DNA of 64,000 nucleotides from Candidatus Hydrogenedentota bacterium (GCA_045863335.1 BTVY01000027.1:1-64000); one strand, 5' to 3'. Shown: positions 19,798 through 29,966, numbered from the stretch's first letter. Numbers and translations are program-made. Notes: generated from the sequence alone by a model not told the origin.

Positions 19798-21310
19798 GCG
19801 CGCCGGAGTCCGGACGCAACCGGCTCAATGCGTAGCCCAGCACGAAGACCAGCACGTTACTGAATCCCATCAACCACCATTCATGCCAGCGATACCGAAG
19901 GAAGGCGAGGGAATCGGGAAGCGAGATCCACTCGTTCGACGTGAGGTAGCACCAGGCCACAAACACGATGCCAACGATCAGGGCGGGATAAAGTCCTCGG
20001 CGATTTGCGCGTGGACAGAAGAACCCCAGGAAGAACGCCGCCAGCACGCCCCCGCCGAAGACCGCGCCGACGGCCGCCCACGCGTCCAGCACGAAGTTCA
20101 TGAGCCCGCCGGAGTTTCGGGTAATCCACGCGGCCAAAGCCACGGCGCAGATTCCGACAATGACGACGCTGATCCGCGATACGAGAAGGCGCGTCGCCTC
20201 GCTGCGGCCTTTCCGGAAACGGTCGTAGAAATCGCTGACGACACAGGCGCTGAAGCTGTTCAGGTCGGACGAGAGTGTCGACATGGTGGCGGCGAACAAC
20301 CCGGCGAGGACAAGTCCCGTCAAGCCGGGCGGCAGTTCGCGCCCGATGAAGTACGGAAAAACCTGGTCTCCCTTGGCAATTGCCGCACCGAGCCGCTCGG
20401 GATGAAGTTGATAGAAGCCGTAGAGCAGGGTGCCGATCATGGAGAAGGTGATCCAGACGATCATGCAAGCGACCACGCTGACCAAAGCGCCCTTGCGTGC
20501 TTCTCTCAGACTCGACGCCGTCAGGTAGCGCTGCACCATCGTCTGGTCCGTCGCGTAGCGGCTGCCGAAATGGAAGATCCCCATCCACACGATGACCCAG
20601 ACCGTGCGGTCTGTCATCGAGAACTCAGGATTGACGAGTTTCAACTTGTCCCCGGCGGTCACCACGTTCCAGATCGCCGCAGGGCCTTCCGGCGACGCCA
20701 CGAACAGGATGACGAAGATGGTGACAAACCCGGCGAACATCATGAGAAAACCCTGCAGCACGTCGGTCCAAATGACGCCTTCCATGCCGCCTGCAAAGGT
20801 GTACGCGATGGTGGTGAGGCCCAGGGCGATCAGGATGGCGTCCTGATTCCAGCCCGTGATGCTGTTCAGCGCCAGTGACATGGCGGAAAGCACGACGCCG
20901 ATCTTCACGAAATGTCCGGTGAGAAATCCGATGGTGCCGTAGACCCGCGCGAAGTACCCGAAGCGTTGCTCCAGGTATTCATAGGCGCTGATCTTTACGA
21001 CGGAGCGGTATTTGGGAATGATGAAGATGGCCACGGCGACCACGATGAAGGGCACCATGAACTGCTGCATCAGCACTTCCCAGTTGAACTGGTAGGTGTG
21101 GCCGGGGAATCCGATGAACAGAAAGCTGGAAAGCAGCGTGGCGAACATGGACATGCCAGCCGCCCATCCGGGAATCGTGCCGTCAGCGGTGAAGTAATGC
21201 TCCGCCGTGGTCTGCCGCCGGATAAACCGGGAGCCCAACGCCACGACGATGATCACGTACACGACCAGGCTGAGCCAGTCCCAAGGCGTGAGCAGATTCT
21301 GTTCGGCCAT
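19775..21310 (-). CDS. Sodium:solute symporter (SSS family)
   Basis: About 13 hydrophobic segments; SAYEYLEQRFG, GGMEGVIWTD, DQTMVQRYL, AATMSTLSSDLNS. Confidence 0.93.
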   Translation of the reverse strand: MAEQNLLTPWDWLSLVVYVIIVVALGSRFIRRQTTAEHYFTADGTIPGWAAGMSMFATLLSSFLFIGFPGHTYQFNWEVLMQQFMVPFIVVAVAIFIIPKYRSVVKISAYEYLEQRFGYFARVYGTIGFLTGHFVKIGVVLSAMSLALNSITGWNQDAILIALGLTTIAYTFAGGMEGVIWTDVLQGFLMMFAGFVTIFVILFVASPEGPAAIWNVVTAGDKLKLVNPEFSMTDRTVWVIVWMGIFHFGSRYATDQTMVQRYLTASSLREARKGALVSVVACMIVWITFSMIGTLLYGFYQLHPERLGAAIAKGDQVFPYFIGRELPPGLTGLVLAGLFAATMSTLSSDLNSFSACVVSDFYDRFRKGRSEATRLLVSRISVVIVGICAVALAAWITRNSGGLMNFVLDAWAAVGAVFGGGVLAAFFLGFFCPRANRRGLYPALIVGIVFVAWCYLTSNEWISLPDSLAFLRYRWHEWWLMGFSNVLVFVLGYALSRLRPDSGALTAGRTP

Positions 21311-21368
21311 GCGCGTTCCCCGATTCTGTTACGAACGTCGTCAACCTCAGCAGGAATTCGGCTTTTTT

Positions 21369-21463
21369 TCGGGATCGAAATCGCTATCGGGATCGCAATC
21401 GATGCACGCTATCGTATAGTTTCGATCCCGATAGCGATTCCGATCCCGATTTCGATTTCGATA
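21369..21463. repeat. Long inverted repeat built from GATCCC/GATAGC/GATTTC hexamers
   Basis: Arm 21369-21397 pairs almost perfectly with 21421-21449; same hexamers as 5644-5693. Confidence 0.88.
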
Positions 21464-21501
21464 GTTACGTCGGTACGCTTTGTCGCGAATGATAAGGCGA
21501 C

Positions 21502-22446
21502 CTATACTCTTACTTCCTCGCCCGCGTGAATCAGCGCTTCCGTCATTTTTGCGACCGATGTCTCTTTCAGGGGCCGCAGCGGCGGACGAACGACCGGCGA
21601 ATTCAGTTTGCCCGTGAGATACGCCGCCATTTTCATACGCTGGTGGGCGTCGGCAGTCGGTTCGCCGAAGGCATAAATCGCGCGAGCCAGCGTATCGACG
21701 CGATCACGGATGGCGCGCGCGCCGGCCAGGTCGCCTGCCAGCGCCTTGGCGACCAGTTCACTGATTAGCGCGGGGGCATACCCCGCGAATCCCACCAGCG
21801 CTCCGTCAGCGCCTTCCAGAAGGCTCGCCAATAGAAACTCGTCGTGGCACGTGATAATCGAAACGTTGGGGGCGGAAGCCTTGAGCGACATGTAATCGTA
21901 GTGGTGACGCGCCATGTCGCGCGTACCCATCTTGATGCTGACGACGTTCGCGAGTTGCGCAATCTCCGTCATCTCGGCGAGGGAATAACCCGCCTTCGTC
22001 CAAGCCGGGTACTGGTGGAGAATGATGCCGATGTCGACCGCGTCGTTCACGTCCTGCACGTATCCGACTGCCGTCGTCGATGTGCGACCGAAACGCAGCC
22101 AGTGGTGCGGCGGCATGAGGAGGATTGCCTCCGCGCCGGCCTGTTTCGCGGCGGCCGCCTGCTCGATGGCGTCATGGCTGCCCTCCGCGCAAACGCCGGA
22201 GATGATTTTGACGCGGTCGCCTACCGCTTGTGCTGCGATTGCGGTCACGCGCGCGCGCTCGGCGTTGCGAAGCGACGTGATCTCGCCGGTATGGCCGTTG
22301 ACCACGACGCCTTTGATGCCATCGTGACCGGCGACCCAGGTGAGATAGCGCGCGAGATCTTCCTCGTCGATGTCGTAGTCATTCGTGAACGGGCATAGCG
22401 TCGCGGGGAAGACCCCCGACCATGCTGCGCGAGATTTAGTACGCAC
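21502..22446 (-). CDS. Dihydrodipicolinate synthase/NAL family aldolase
   Basis: GVFPATLCPF, NGHTGE, ISGV, HQYP, VVSIKMG Schiff-base Lys, GADGALVG. Confidence 0.9.
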   Translation of the reverse strand: MRTKSRAAWSGVFPATLCPFTNDYDIDEEDLARYLTWVAGHDGIKGVVVNGHTGEITSLRNAERARVTAIAAQAVGDRVKIISGVCAEGSHDAIEQAAAAKQAGAEAILLMPPHHWLRFGRTSTTAVGYVQDVNDAVDIGIILHQYPAWTKAGYSLAEMTEIAQLANVVSIKMGTRDMARHHYDYMSLKASAPNVSIITCHDEFLLASLLEGADGALVGFAGYAPALISELVAKALAGDLAGARAIRDRVDTLARAIYAFGEPTADAHQRMKMAAYLTGKLNSPVVRPPLRPLKETSVAKMTEALIHAGEEVRV

Positions 22447-22470
22447 TTCGGTTCACTTGCTCCTTATTAG

Positions 22471-22602
22471 ATAGGACTTATAGGACGTATACGACCAATA
22501 GGACTGAGAATGCAGACAAGGACGGATGACGGATAGCGCCTTAGTTTCGCTACAGCCCAAGGTGCTCCCGATCACTCGTTCTTTTGTCCTATAGGTCCTA
22601 TT
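22471..22602. repeat. Nonamer tandem repeat (ATAGGACNN)x4 with inverted partial arm
   Basis: ATAGGACTT ATAGGACGT ATACGACCA ATAGGACTG (22471-22506); inverted GTCCTATAGGTCCTATT (22586-22602). Confidence 0.8.
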
Positions 22603-22604
22603 CT

Positions 22605-23168
22605 TCAACCTACCGCATATTGCGCCAACGCCTGCACGTACGCCTTCATCCACGCCGAGGACTCCCGCTTGAACCGGCAGCAGTACAGGTTCCCGGAAAC
22701 CACCAGCGGCTCATTTACATAGGTCGCCCCGACAACTTCCACATCGAACTTACACCGCGGGATCGTGGTGACCTTCTTGCCGCGGATGACATCCGCCGTC
22801 GCCAGGATTTCCACCCCGTGGCAGATCGATGCGACGGGTTTGTTCTTTGCGAAGAAGTGGCGCACGATGCGCAGGAGGTCTTCATCGTACCGCAAAAACT
22901 CTGGGGCTCGGCCTCCGGGGAGCACCAGCCCAATATACTCGTCCGGGTTCACGTCGCGGAAAGCGACGTCGGACTTGATCGAATAGCCCGGCATCTCGAC
23001 CGTGATGTCCCAGTTTGGATCGTGTTCGTGCTGCACCATGTGATACGTCCGTACCGCCGGCGCGGCGACGACTGTTTCGTAATCTTCCCCGAGCCGATAA
23101 AACGGCACCATGGTATCGATTACCTCGGCGCCGTCTCCCACGACGATCAGTACTTTTGCGGATGCCAC
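22605..23168 (-). CDS. DJ-1/PfpI family protein
   Basis: GDGAE, LVLPGGRAPEFLR, SICHG catalytic Cys. Confidence 0.93.
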   Translation of the reverse strand: MASAKVLIVVGDGAEVIDTMVPFYRLGEDYETVVAAPAVRTYHMVQHEHDPNWDITVEMPGYSIKSDVAFRDVNPDEYIGLVLPGGRAPEFLRYDEDLLRIVRHFFAKNKPVASICHGVEILATADVIRGKKVTTIPRCKFDVEVVGATYVNEPLVVSGNLYCCRFKRESSAWMKAYVQALAQYAVG

Positions 23169-23264
23169 TGTTCCTCTCCGGTTGGCCGTGGAGAGTGTAG
23201 CGCGAATGGTGCGGGCGACGCTACGATCTCAGTCGGTGTGTCGCCGTGGTAAGTCTTTCCGGAC

Positions 23265-23309
23265 AAAAATACGCCCGCCCCGCGAATCACCGATTCGCGG
23301 GGCGGGCGT
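23265..23309 (-). terminator. Intrinsic terminator (minus strand)
   Basis: Perfect 18-bp stem 23271-23288/23292-23309 followed by ATTTTT on the minus strand. Confidence 0.85.
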
Positions 23310-23369
23310 GGGCAATTAGGATACGGATGAGAAGCGATATCGACAGAAGCGATTGCAGCTTCTCGCGAA

Positions 23370-23435
23370 CTACATCTGTTCGTAGAAGAAAAACCCCAGG
23401 AGAGCCCAAATCAGGAGAATCACCAGCGCTGTCAT
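23370..23435 (-). CDS. Small hydrophobic protein, 21 aa (MTALVILLIWALLGFFFYEQM)
   Basis: Translated by hand (below the ORF-track cutoff); RBS AAGGAAAGGA just upstream; single TM-like stretch; strong terminator 60 nt downstream. Confidence 0.65.
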   Translation of the reverse strand: MTALVILLIWALLGFFFYEQM

Positions 23436-23776
23436 AGTGCGTGTCCTTTCCTTTGTTCCGGTCAAGACGGAAATTGGATCAGCCTCACAAGAACCTATAT
23501 CACCGATTCTCGATATACGCAAACGCGAACAGGGATCGATTTGCTCTTACGTCATGTGCGCCAGATGGATAGCGATTTCAAACGGGAATCGACTCCGTCC
23601 CGGTACGGGCAAAACACCCACAGTTTTGAAAAGTCGGGTTTTCGTGACTTAAGATTCCCCATTCTAGGAAGCATTGACACGGTTCAGTGCTTGTCCGTGA
23701 ATAGACTTGGCAGTTTTCGCGTCCAGCCGGATGCGGCGATAGCCGCGTTAGCGTAGGCTGAGATTGGAGTATCCTT

Positions 23777-24724
23777 ATGCTGTTTTGTGCGCGAATTGTT
23801 TTCACGATCTTGGCTAGTGCAATGGGGTTCCCCTTTGCCGCGGCCGCGGCGGAAATGGGGGACCAGGCCGCTCCCTTGTCCATCGCCACCTGGGTCCAGG
23901 GCGATCCCGTGTCCGTTGGCCAGGGCGACAAGGTGTACGTCGTCGAGTTCTGGGCCACTTGGTGTCTTCCCTGCAAAGAGAGCGCCCCACATCTCACCGA
24001 GTTGCAGCGAAAGTACAAGGACGATCTCGTGGTCGTCGGAATCTCCGACGAGGAGCCCTCCGTCGTCGAGGCGTTCGTCAAATCCATGGGCGAAAAGATG
24101 GATTATACCGTGGCCATCGACAAGGACTCACAGACCTACAGCGGGTATCTCGAAGCCTTCGGCTTGAATGGCTATCCGACCGCCTTCGTGGTCGATCGAC
24201 AGGGCCGGATCACCTGGCACGGCCACCCCATGTCCCAAGAGTTCGATGATATCGTCGCACGCGTAATATCAGGTGCGTATGACGGCGTTGCCGCAAAGAA
24301 GAATGCCGAGCTTCTGAAGATACAGGAAGGCCTCTTCAATGAGTTCGTCTCCTACTGCAAATCGGGCGATACCGAAAACGCCACGGCCATTACCGACCGA
24401 ATGTACAAGGAACACGGGACGAGCATAGATCTGATGACCGCCGTGGCGTGGGTCTACCTCAACGCGCCTGACGAGGTAATGCGAAATCCCAAGCGGGCCG
24501 TGCAATTCGGCGCGGCGGCCGTAAAGGCGTCGGAAGGCAAGAACGCACGGGTGCTCGAGATCTATGCCCGCACCCTCTTCGAGAGCGGCGATTTGGAAGG
24601 CGCCATCCGGGAGCAGGAACGCGCGGTCGAACGCGCGCCTGAACAGGTTCGCCCTCAGCTTCAGGAGCAGTTGGAAGAATACCGGGCGGCCACTACGGCA
24701 GAGCAGTCCACCCCTCCGGCGTAG
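23777..24724 (+). CDS. TlpA-family thiol-disulfide oxidoreductase with C-terminal TPR-like domain
   Basis: Signal peptide; VVEFWATWCLPC; YPTAFVVD..G.I.W.GHP; helical TPR-like tail. Confidence 0.9.
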   Translation: MLFCARIVFTILASAMGFPFAAAAAEMGDQAAPLSIATWVQGDPVSVGQGDKVYVVEFWATWCLPCKESAPHLTELQRKYKDDLVVVGISDEEPSVVEAFVKSMGEKMDYTVAIDKDSQTYSGYLEAFGLNGYPTAFVVDRQGRITWHGHPMSQEFDDIVARVISGAYDGVAAKKNAELLKIQEGLFNEFVSYCKSGDTENATAITDRMYKEHGTSIDLMTAVAWVYLNAPDEVMRNPKRAVQFGAAAVKASEGKNARVLEIYARTLFESGDLEGAIREQERAVERAPEQVRPQLQEQLEEYRAATTAEQSTPPA

Positions 24725-24883
24725 GCTGGTTTGTCCAGTACGGCGCCAGGAACGCTACGCGACTCCTTCGGGTTCGCCATGTCCGTCAACCGCGGGTTGC
24801 GCTGGTTCACCCGGTTGGCGCAAGATTTGTACGCCACACAATTGCGGAATTCACTGAAGGGCGATGCCCCAAGGATGCGATCG

Positions 24884-26188
24884 ATGAGAATGCTTGCCGG
24901 AATCTGCGCCTTGCTAACGTTGAGTATCCTCGTGCCGACGTTCAGCAGCGCCGAACCCCTCTTGGCCGGCGTTGCGGTGTCAAACATTACACCGAACACG
25001 GAACAGTACCACGTGCCACTCGGCGGGTACGGCGAACGGCAGAATGCCGCTGCCTTGGGCATCCATGACTACGCCATGTGCAAGGCGCTGATGCTGAAGC
25101 AGGGGGACAAAAAGTATTGTTTTGTCACCACCGACTTGCTGGGCATCCCCCGAAGCCTGCGCGACGAAGTCCTCGCGCGAATCCGCGAGACGGGGATCAC
25201 GTCGGACACGCTTATGCTGACGGCGAGTCACTGCCACGCGTCTACTGAGATGTCCGCGATGAACCGGAACAACGTTTTCGAGAACAAGGCCATCGGTATC
25301 TTTGACGAGTCGCTGCTGATCTTCACTGCGGACCGTATCGCTCAGGCCATACTCGACGCGGACAAGTCCTACCAGCCGGTCATGGTCGGTACGGATTCAA
25401 CCCGCTTGGAAGGAATGAATCGGAATCGCCGGGACGATCCCATCGTGGATGACGAATTGACCGTTACCCGGTTCGATACCATGGACGGGAATCCGCTCGT
25501 CGTTATCGTCAACTGGACCGCCCATCCCACCTACATGTCCGAGAAGGTGATGCACGTGTCCGCAGGCTGGCCGGGCTACCTGCAGCGCGAGATCGAGACC
25601 TTCATGCCCGGCGTCACGTGTATGTACATCAACGGCGCGCAGGGGGACATATCCCCGCGCGGAGGCGAAGGGCCGAGCGAGTTCGCCCGCGCCGAGGACT
25701 ACGGCCGAAAGCTCGCCGTAAAGATCCTCGACTTCGTTCCGTCCGTTCAGACCGAACCGGAGGTCAGGTTCGACTACTCCATGTCAATCCTGGAACTCCC
25801 AGAGCGCGCGGCTCCGCCGGCCCTGCTCGATTCTGCAGGTCCGGAATATGGCCTGACTCCGGAGAATGTGATGGTGCTTGTCGAAGCCGTGTCGCCGGAG
25901 TCCTCGTACCTCGGCGTGCTTCGGATTGGCGAACTCGTGGCCGTTTCCATTCCCGGTGAGATGACTTCCTCGTTGGGCGTCCAGGTGAAGCAAGCGCTCG
26001 CCGACACGGGCGCGAAGCATCCAATCATTGTCGGTCTCGGCAACGAATGGATCAGCTACATCCTGCCGCCGGAGGAATTTCACCAGGGCGGGTATGAACC
26101 CGGAGTCTCCTTCTACGGAGACCAGTTGGGTCCCGTGATCGTGGCGCAAGCCATCGGCGCGGGAAAGGCGCTGCTCGCGTCCGAATAG
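24884..26188 (+). CDS. Neutral/alkaline ceramidase N-terminal domain protein (secreted)
   Basis: LGGYG, GIHD, ASHCHAS, NWTAHPT, NGAQGDISP, IPGE, GGYE; start 24884 or 24875. Confidence 0.85.
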   Translation: MRMLAGICALLTLSILVPTFSSAEPLLAGVAVSNITPNTEQYHVPLGGYGERQNAAALGIHDYAMCKALMLKQGDKKYCFVTTDLLGIPRSLRDEVLARIRETGITSDTLMLTASHCHASTEMSAMNRNNVFENKAIGIFDESLLIFTADRIAQAILDADKSYQPVMVGTDSTRLEGMNRNRRDDPIVDDELTVTRFDTMDGNPLVVIVNWTAHPTYMSEKVMHVSAGWPGYLQREIETFMPGVTCMYINGAQGDISPRGGEGPSEFARAEDYGRKLAVKILDFVPSVQTEPEVRFDYSMSILELPERAAPPALLDSAGPEYGLTPENVMVLVEAVSPESSYLGVLRIGELVAVSIPGEMTSSLGVQVKQALADTGAKHPIIVGLGNEWISYILPPEEFHQGGYEPGVSFYGDQLGPVIVAQAIGAGKALLASE

Positions 26189-26339
26189 CCTCAATCCGAA
26201 ATGATGTCGGCGTCGCGAAAGCAATGCCACAGTGGGAATCGCCGGGGAAAATCCGCTACACTTGCTTTCGCAACTGGACACGCCTTCAGCGAGTACGCGC
26301 AGTGTCCAGGAGGGGAGAGGGGCCCTTCAACGGGGGGAC

Positions 26340-27404
26340 ATGGAGTTTCACGCAGATTACCGCCACTTTGCGGACGTAATGCAGAATCGGCGTCCGCTCC
26401 GCATGCCGATTTACGAACATTTAATTAATTCGCCGTTCATGGAGCAAGTGCTCCAGGTGTCCTTCGCGGATTTGATTGACGGTGCGGATACGGACCTGGC
26501 CGAGTTCTTCCGCCAGTACTGCCGTTTCTACCGCGAGATGATGTACGATACGGTTTCTTTTGAAGTCTGCATTACGGAATACCTTCCAGGCCGGGGCGCG
26601 TTGGTCAAAGCCATTCCGGGGCCCATCCAGAACCGCACGGATTTTGATGACTATCCCTGGGAAGATTTGCCCCGAATGTTCTGGGAAGACGCGGGGCCGA
26701 AGTTCGATGCGCTGGTCGCCGCGCTGCCCCCCGGCATGAAAGCCGTAGGCGGCATTGGAAATGGTCCCTTTGAAATCGCTGAGGAACTCGTCGGCCTCAC
26801 GTACCTCCCCTACATGCAGGCCGACGATCCGGAACTGTACGCGGAACTGTTCGACCGAATCGGATCGCTTATGGCAAGTCTCTGGGCCGTCTTTTTGAAA
26901 CGCTACTCCGACAGCTATGTTGCCTGTCGCGTGGGCGATGACCTCGGCTTCAAGACCTCGTTACTCACGAACCCGGCCACGGTGCACGAGAACATCGTTC
27001 CTCAATACCGGCGCACAATCAAACTGATTCACGCGGCAGGCAAACCGTTCCTCTGGCATTCCTGCGGCTGCATCTTTCTCGCCATGGACGCCATGATCGA
27101 AGCCGGCATCGACGCGAAACACTCCAACGAGGACATCATCGCCCCGTTCTCGTGCTGGATTGAGGAATATGGGCAGCGTATCGCGCTGGTCGGCGGTTTT
27201 GACCTCGGGTTCCTGTGCCAGAGCACGCCCGCTGAGATTCGCTCCGCGGTAGTCGAGTGGGGCGGCGAGTATCGCGCCAAGGCCCGCGGGTATGCCCTGG
27301 GATCCGGGAACTCCATTCCGGAGTACGTTCCGGTTGAAAATTACCTTGCCATGATTGATGGCGCACGGATTCTGCGCGAACGCGAGGCCTGCACGACAGC
27401 GTGA
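26340..27404 (+). CDS. URO-D fold protein
   Basis: VGDDLGFKTS, LWHSCG, AKHSNED, LVGGFD, ALGSGNSIPEYVPVENYLAM. Confidence 0.88.
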   Translation: MEFHADYRHFADVMQNRRPLRMPIYEHLINSPFMEQVLQVSFADLIDGADTDLAEFFRQYCRFYREMMYDTVSFEVCITEYLPGRGALVKAIPGPIQNRTDFDDYPWEDLPRMFWEDAGPKFDALVAALPPGMKAVGGIGNGPFEIAEELVGLTYLPYMQADDPELYAELFDRIGSLMASLWAVFLKRYSDSYVACRVGDDLGFKTSLLTNPATVHENIVPQYRRTIKLIHAAGKPFLWHSCGCIFLAMDAMIEAGIDAKHSNEDIIAPFSCWIEEYGQRIALVGGFDLGFLCQSTPAEIRSAVVEWGGEYRAKARGYALGSGNSIPEYVPVENYLAMIDGARILREREACTTA

Positions 27405-27479
27405 TGGTCCGGTGTTGGCGCTAGACCACTCAATCGCGCTATCCTCGCGGGCGATGTTTTACCACAAAGGAATTGCCCC

Positions 27480-29966
27480 GTGAAGACATTGCACCTGATC
27501 TGCAACGCCCATATTGATCCCGTGTGGTTGTGGGAGTGGGAGGAGGGCGCTGCCGAGGCCATCTCCACCTTCCGTGCTGCGGCGGACTTCTGCGAAGAGT
27601 TCGACGGGTTTGTGTTCAACCACAACGAAGCGGTTTTGTACCGGTGGGTGGAAGAATACGAACCGGCGTTGTTCGAGCGGATTCAACGCCTGGTCGCCCA
27701 GGGCAAGTGGCACATCATGGGCGGCTGGTATCTCCAGCCCGACTGCAACATGCCGAGCGGCGAATCGTTCGTACGTCACATTCTCGCCGGGCGAACGTAT
27801 TTCGACCGCTATTTCGGCGTGCGCCCACGCACCGCGATCAATTTCGATCCCTTCGGCCATTCGCGAGGGCTGGTTCAGCTACTCAAGCAGGCGGGGTACG
27901 ATTCCTACCTTTTCTGCCGGCCGTTTCAAAACGACTGCCCGCTTCCGTCCGATGATTTTACCTGGATCGGATTTGACGGTTCGGAAGTGACTGGTCATCG
28001 CGCATCGGACTTTTACAATCAGACGCTGGGCCAGGCCCGCGAAAAGGCCGAGAAATGGATTGAGAATAACCAGGACAAGGAAGTGGGGCTGATCCTTTGG
28101 GGGGTCGGTAACCATGGGGGCGGTCCCTCGCGCGTCGATCTGAACCGCCTCGCGGAACTCATGGCCGAGTCGAACGGGCGCGCGATCATCCATTCATCGC
28201 CGGAGCACTACTTCGACGAACTTCGCGAACGATGCGCCTCGCTTCCGACGCATGAAGGCGATATCAATGCGTGGGGTCCAGGATGCTACACGTCCCAGGT
28301 GCGCATCAAGCAACGTCATCGATTGCTGGAGAACATGCTGTACGCCGTGGAGAAGATGGTTTCCTCGGCGGCGCTTCAGGGCATACTCGAGTATCCTCGC
28401 GCCGAACTGGCCGAGGCGCAACGCGACCTAATGTTCTCGGAGTTTCACGACATTCTGCCGGGCTCGTCCATCCAGCCCGTGGAAGATGCAAGCCTTCGTT
28501 TGATGGACCACGGTTTAGAGATCCTTTCGCGAATTCGCGCGCGCGCGTTCTTTGCCCTCGCACAGGGACAACCGAAAGCGGCCAATGGGAAGATCCCCAT
28601 CCTGGTGTACAACCCGCACCCCTTCCCGGTGCGGACCGTGATGGAGTGCGAGTTCCAGCTTCCCGATTCCAACTGGGGCGATCAGTTCACGATTCCGATC
28701 GTTCACCAGAACGGCCGTGCCATTTCCTGCCAGAACGAGCAGGAACTGAGCAACCTGAACCTGGACTGGCGCAAACACGCCGTGTTTGTGGCCGAGCTTG
28801 CGCCCTCGCAGATGAACCGGTTCGACTGCGAATTGGAAGTGCTGCCCGCACGGCCCAAACCGGCGATACAGCCCGCGAACGGCGCGGTCGACATCAATAC
28901 GGATTTCCTGAAACTGCGCATTAACACCGCCACCGGCTTGGTCGATACCTTCGCGGTGGACGGCGTCGACTACCTGAAACCCGGCGCGCTGAAGCTGCTG
29001 ATCGTCGCCGACAACGAGGACCCCTGGGAGACACGGAAGCTCAGTTTTCCGGACGTGGTGGGCGCGTTTGAACTGATGTCGCCGGAAGAGAGCACGCGTT
29101 TCTCCGGTGTTACCAAAGCGGCACTCGATCCCGTTCGCGTGATCGAAGACGGCGACGTGCGCGTCGTGGTGGAGGCCCTGTTCTGCTATGGCGATTCCTT
29201 CGCCGTCGTCCACTACAAGATTCCCAAGCATGGCGCCGAGGTCGAAGTGTTCATCCGCGTTCACTGGAACGAGAAGAGCACCATGCTGAAGCTCGCGATA
29301 CCCACGACGCTGCAGGACCCCGTTTGCTCCGGCCAGGTTGCCTTCGGCGCGCAGGCGTTCCCGGATTCCGGCCGTGAAAACGTGGCGCAGAAATGGCTCG
29401 CCGTGACGTCCACCCCGGAAGGGCGCGCGCTGACGTGCATCAATGATGGCGTGTACGGCTCCAGTTTCGTCGATGGGGAACTCCGGGTGAGCCTGCTGCG
29501 CTCGGCGGCGTACGCAGGGCATCCGATTCACGAGCGGCCTATCGTGCCGCAGGACCGCTACACGCCGCGTATCGACCAGGGCGAGCGCATGTTCCGGTTC
29601 TGGCTCAACGCAGGACCCATGAAAGAACGGATGCGCGCGGTCGATCGGGAAGCGCTCGTTCACAATGAGAAACCGTTTGCCTTGTCCTTCTGCCCCTCCG
29701 GCGCGGGGAAGAAGCCGCTGCCCGGCGTAACGCTGAGCGACGAGGCGGTTCAGTTGGTCGCATTCAAGAAGGCGGAACAGTCGGAAGACTTCGTCGTCCG
29801 CCTCTTCGAGCCGACCGGTCTGCCACGCGAGACCGAAGTCGAAGTCCCTGTGCTCGGTCTGAAGTGGAAGGTGGCCTTGTCCGCCTTCGAACTGAAATCT
29901 TTCCGAGTCTCCGCGGAATCCGCTTCCGTAGCCGAAGTCTCACTGCTCGAAGAGGATCTCCTATGA
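27480..29966 (+). CDS. Alpha-mannosidase (GH38)
   Basis: NAHIDPVWLW, GGWYLQPDCNMPSGES, DPFGH, GVGNHGGGP, FHDILPGSSI. Confidence 0.93.
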   Translation: MKTLHLICNAHIDPVWLWEWEEGAAEAISTFRAAADFCEEFDGFVFNHNEAVLYRWVEEYEPALFERIQRLVAQGKWHIMGGWYLQPDCNMPSGESFVRHILAGRTYFDRYFGVRPRTAINFDPFGHSRGLVQLLKQAGYDSYLFCRPFQNDCPLPSDDFTWIGFDGSEVTGHRASDFYNQTLGQAREKAEKWIENNQDKEVGLILWGVGNHGGGPSRVDLNRLAELMAESNGRAIIHSSPEHYFDELRERCASLPTHEGDINAWGPGCYTSQVRIKQRHRLLENMLYAVEKMVSSAALQGILEYPRAELAEAQRDLMFSEFHDILPGSSIQPVEDASLRLMDHGLEILSRIRARAFFALAQGQPKAANGKIPILVYNPHPFPVRTVMECEFQLPDSNWGDQFTIPIVHQNGRAISCQNEQELSNLNLDWRKHAVFVAELAPSQMNRFDCELEVLPARPKPAIQPANGAVDINTDFLKLRINTATGLVDTFAVDGVDYLKPGALKLLIVADNEDPWETRKLSFPDVVGAFELMSPEESTRFSGVTKAALDPVRVIEDGDVRVVVEALFCYGDSFAVVHYKIPKHGAEVEVFIRVHWNEKSTMLKLAIPTTLQDPVCSGQVAFGAQAFPDSGRENVAQKWLAVTSTPEGRALTCINDGVYGSSFVDGELRVSLLRSAAYAGHPIHERPIVPQDRYTPRIDQGERMFRFWLNAGPMKERMRAVDREALVHNEKPFALSFCPSGAGKKPLPGVTLSDEAVQLVAFKKAEQSEDFVVRLFEPTGLPRETEVEVPVLGLKWKVALSAFELKSFRVSAESASVAEVSLLEEDLL

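Noticed and set aside
21369-22602. CRISPR array
   Set aside because: Units are 6-9-bp tandem or inverted repeats without unique spacers; no cas genes
26215-26271. 10-bp inverted repeat GCGAAAGCAA/TTGCTTTCGC around a TACACT -10
   Set aside because: Single occurrence with a 37-bp spacer and no adjacent regulator; cannot be distinguished from chance
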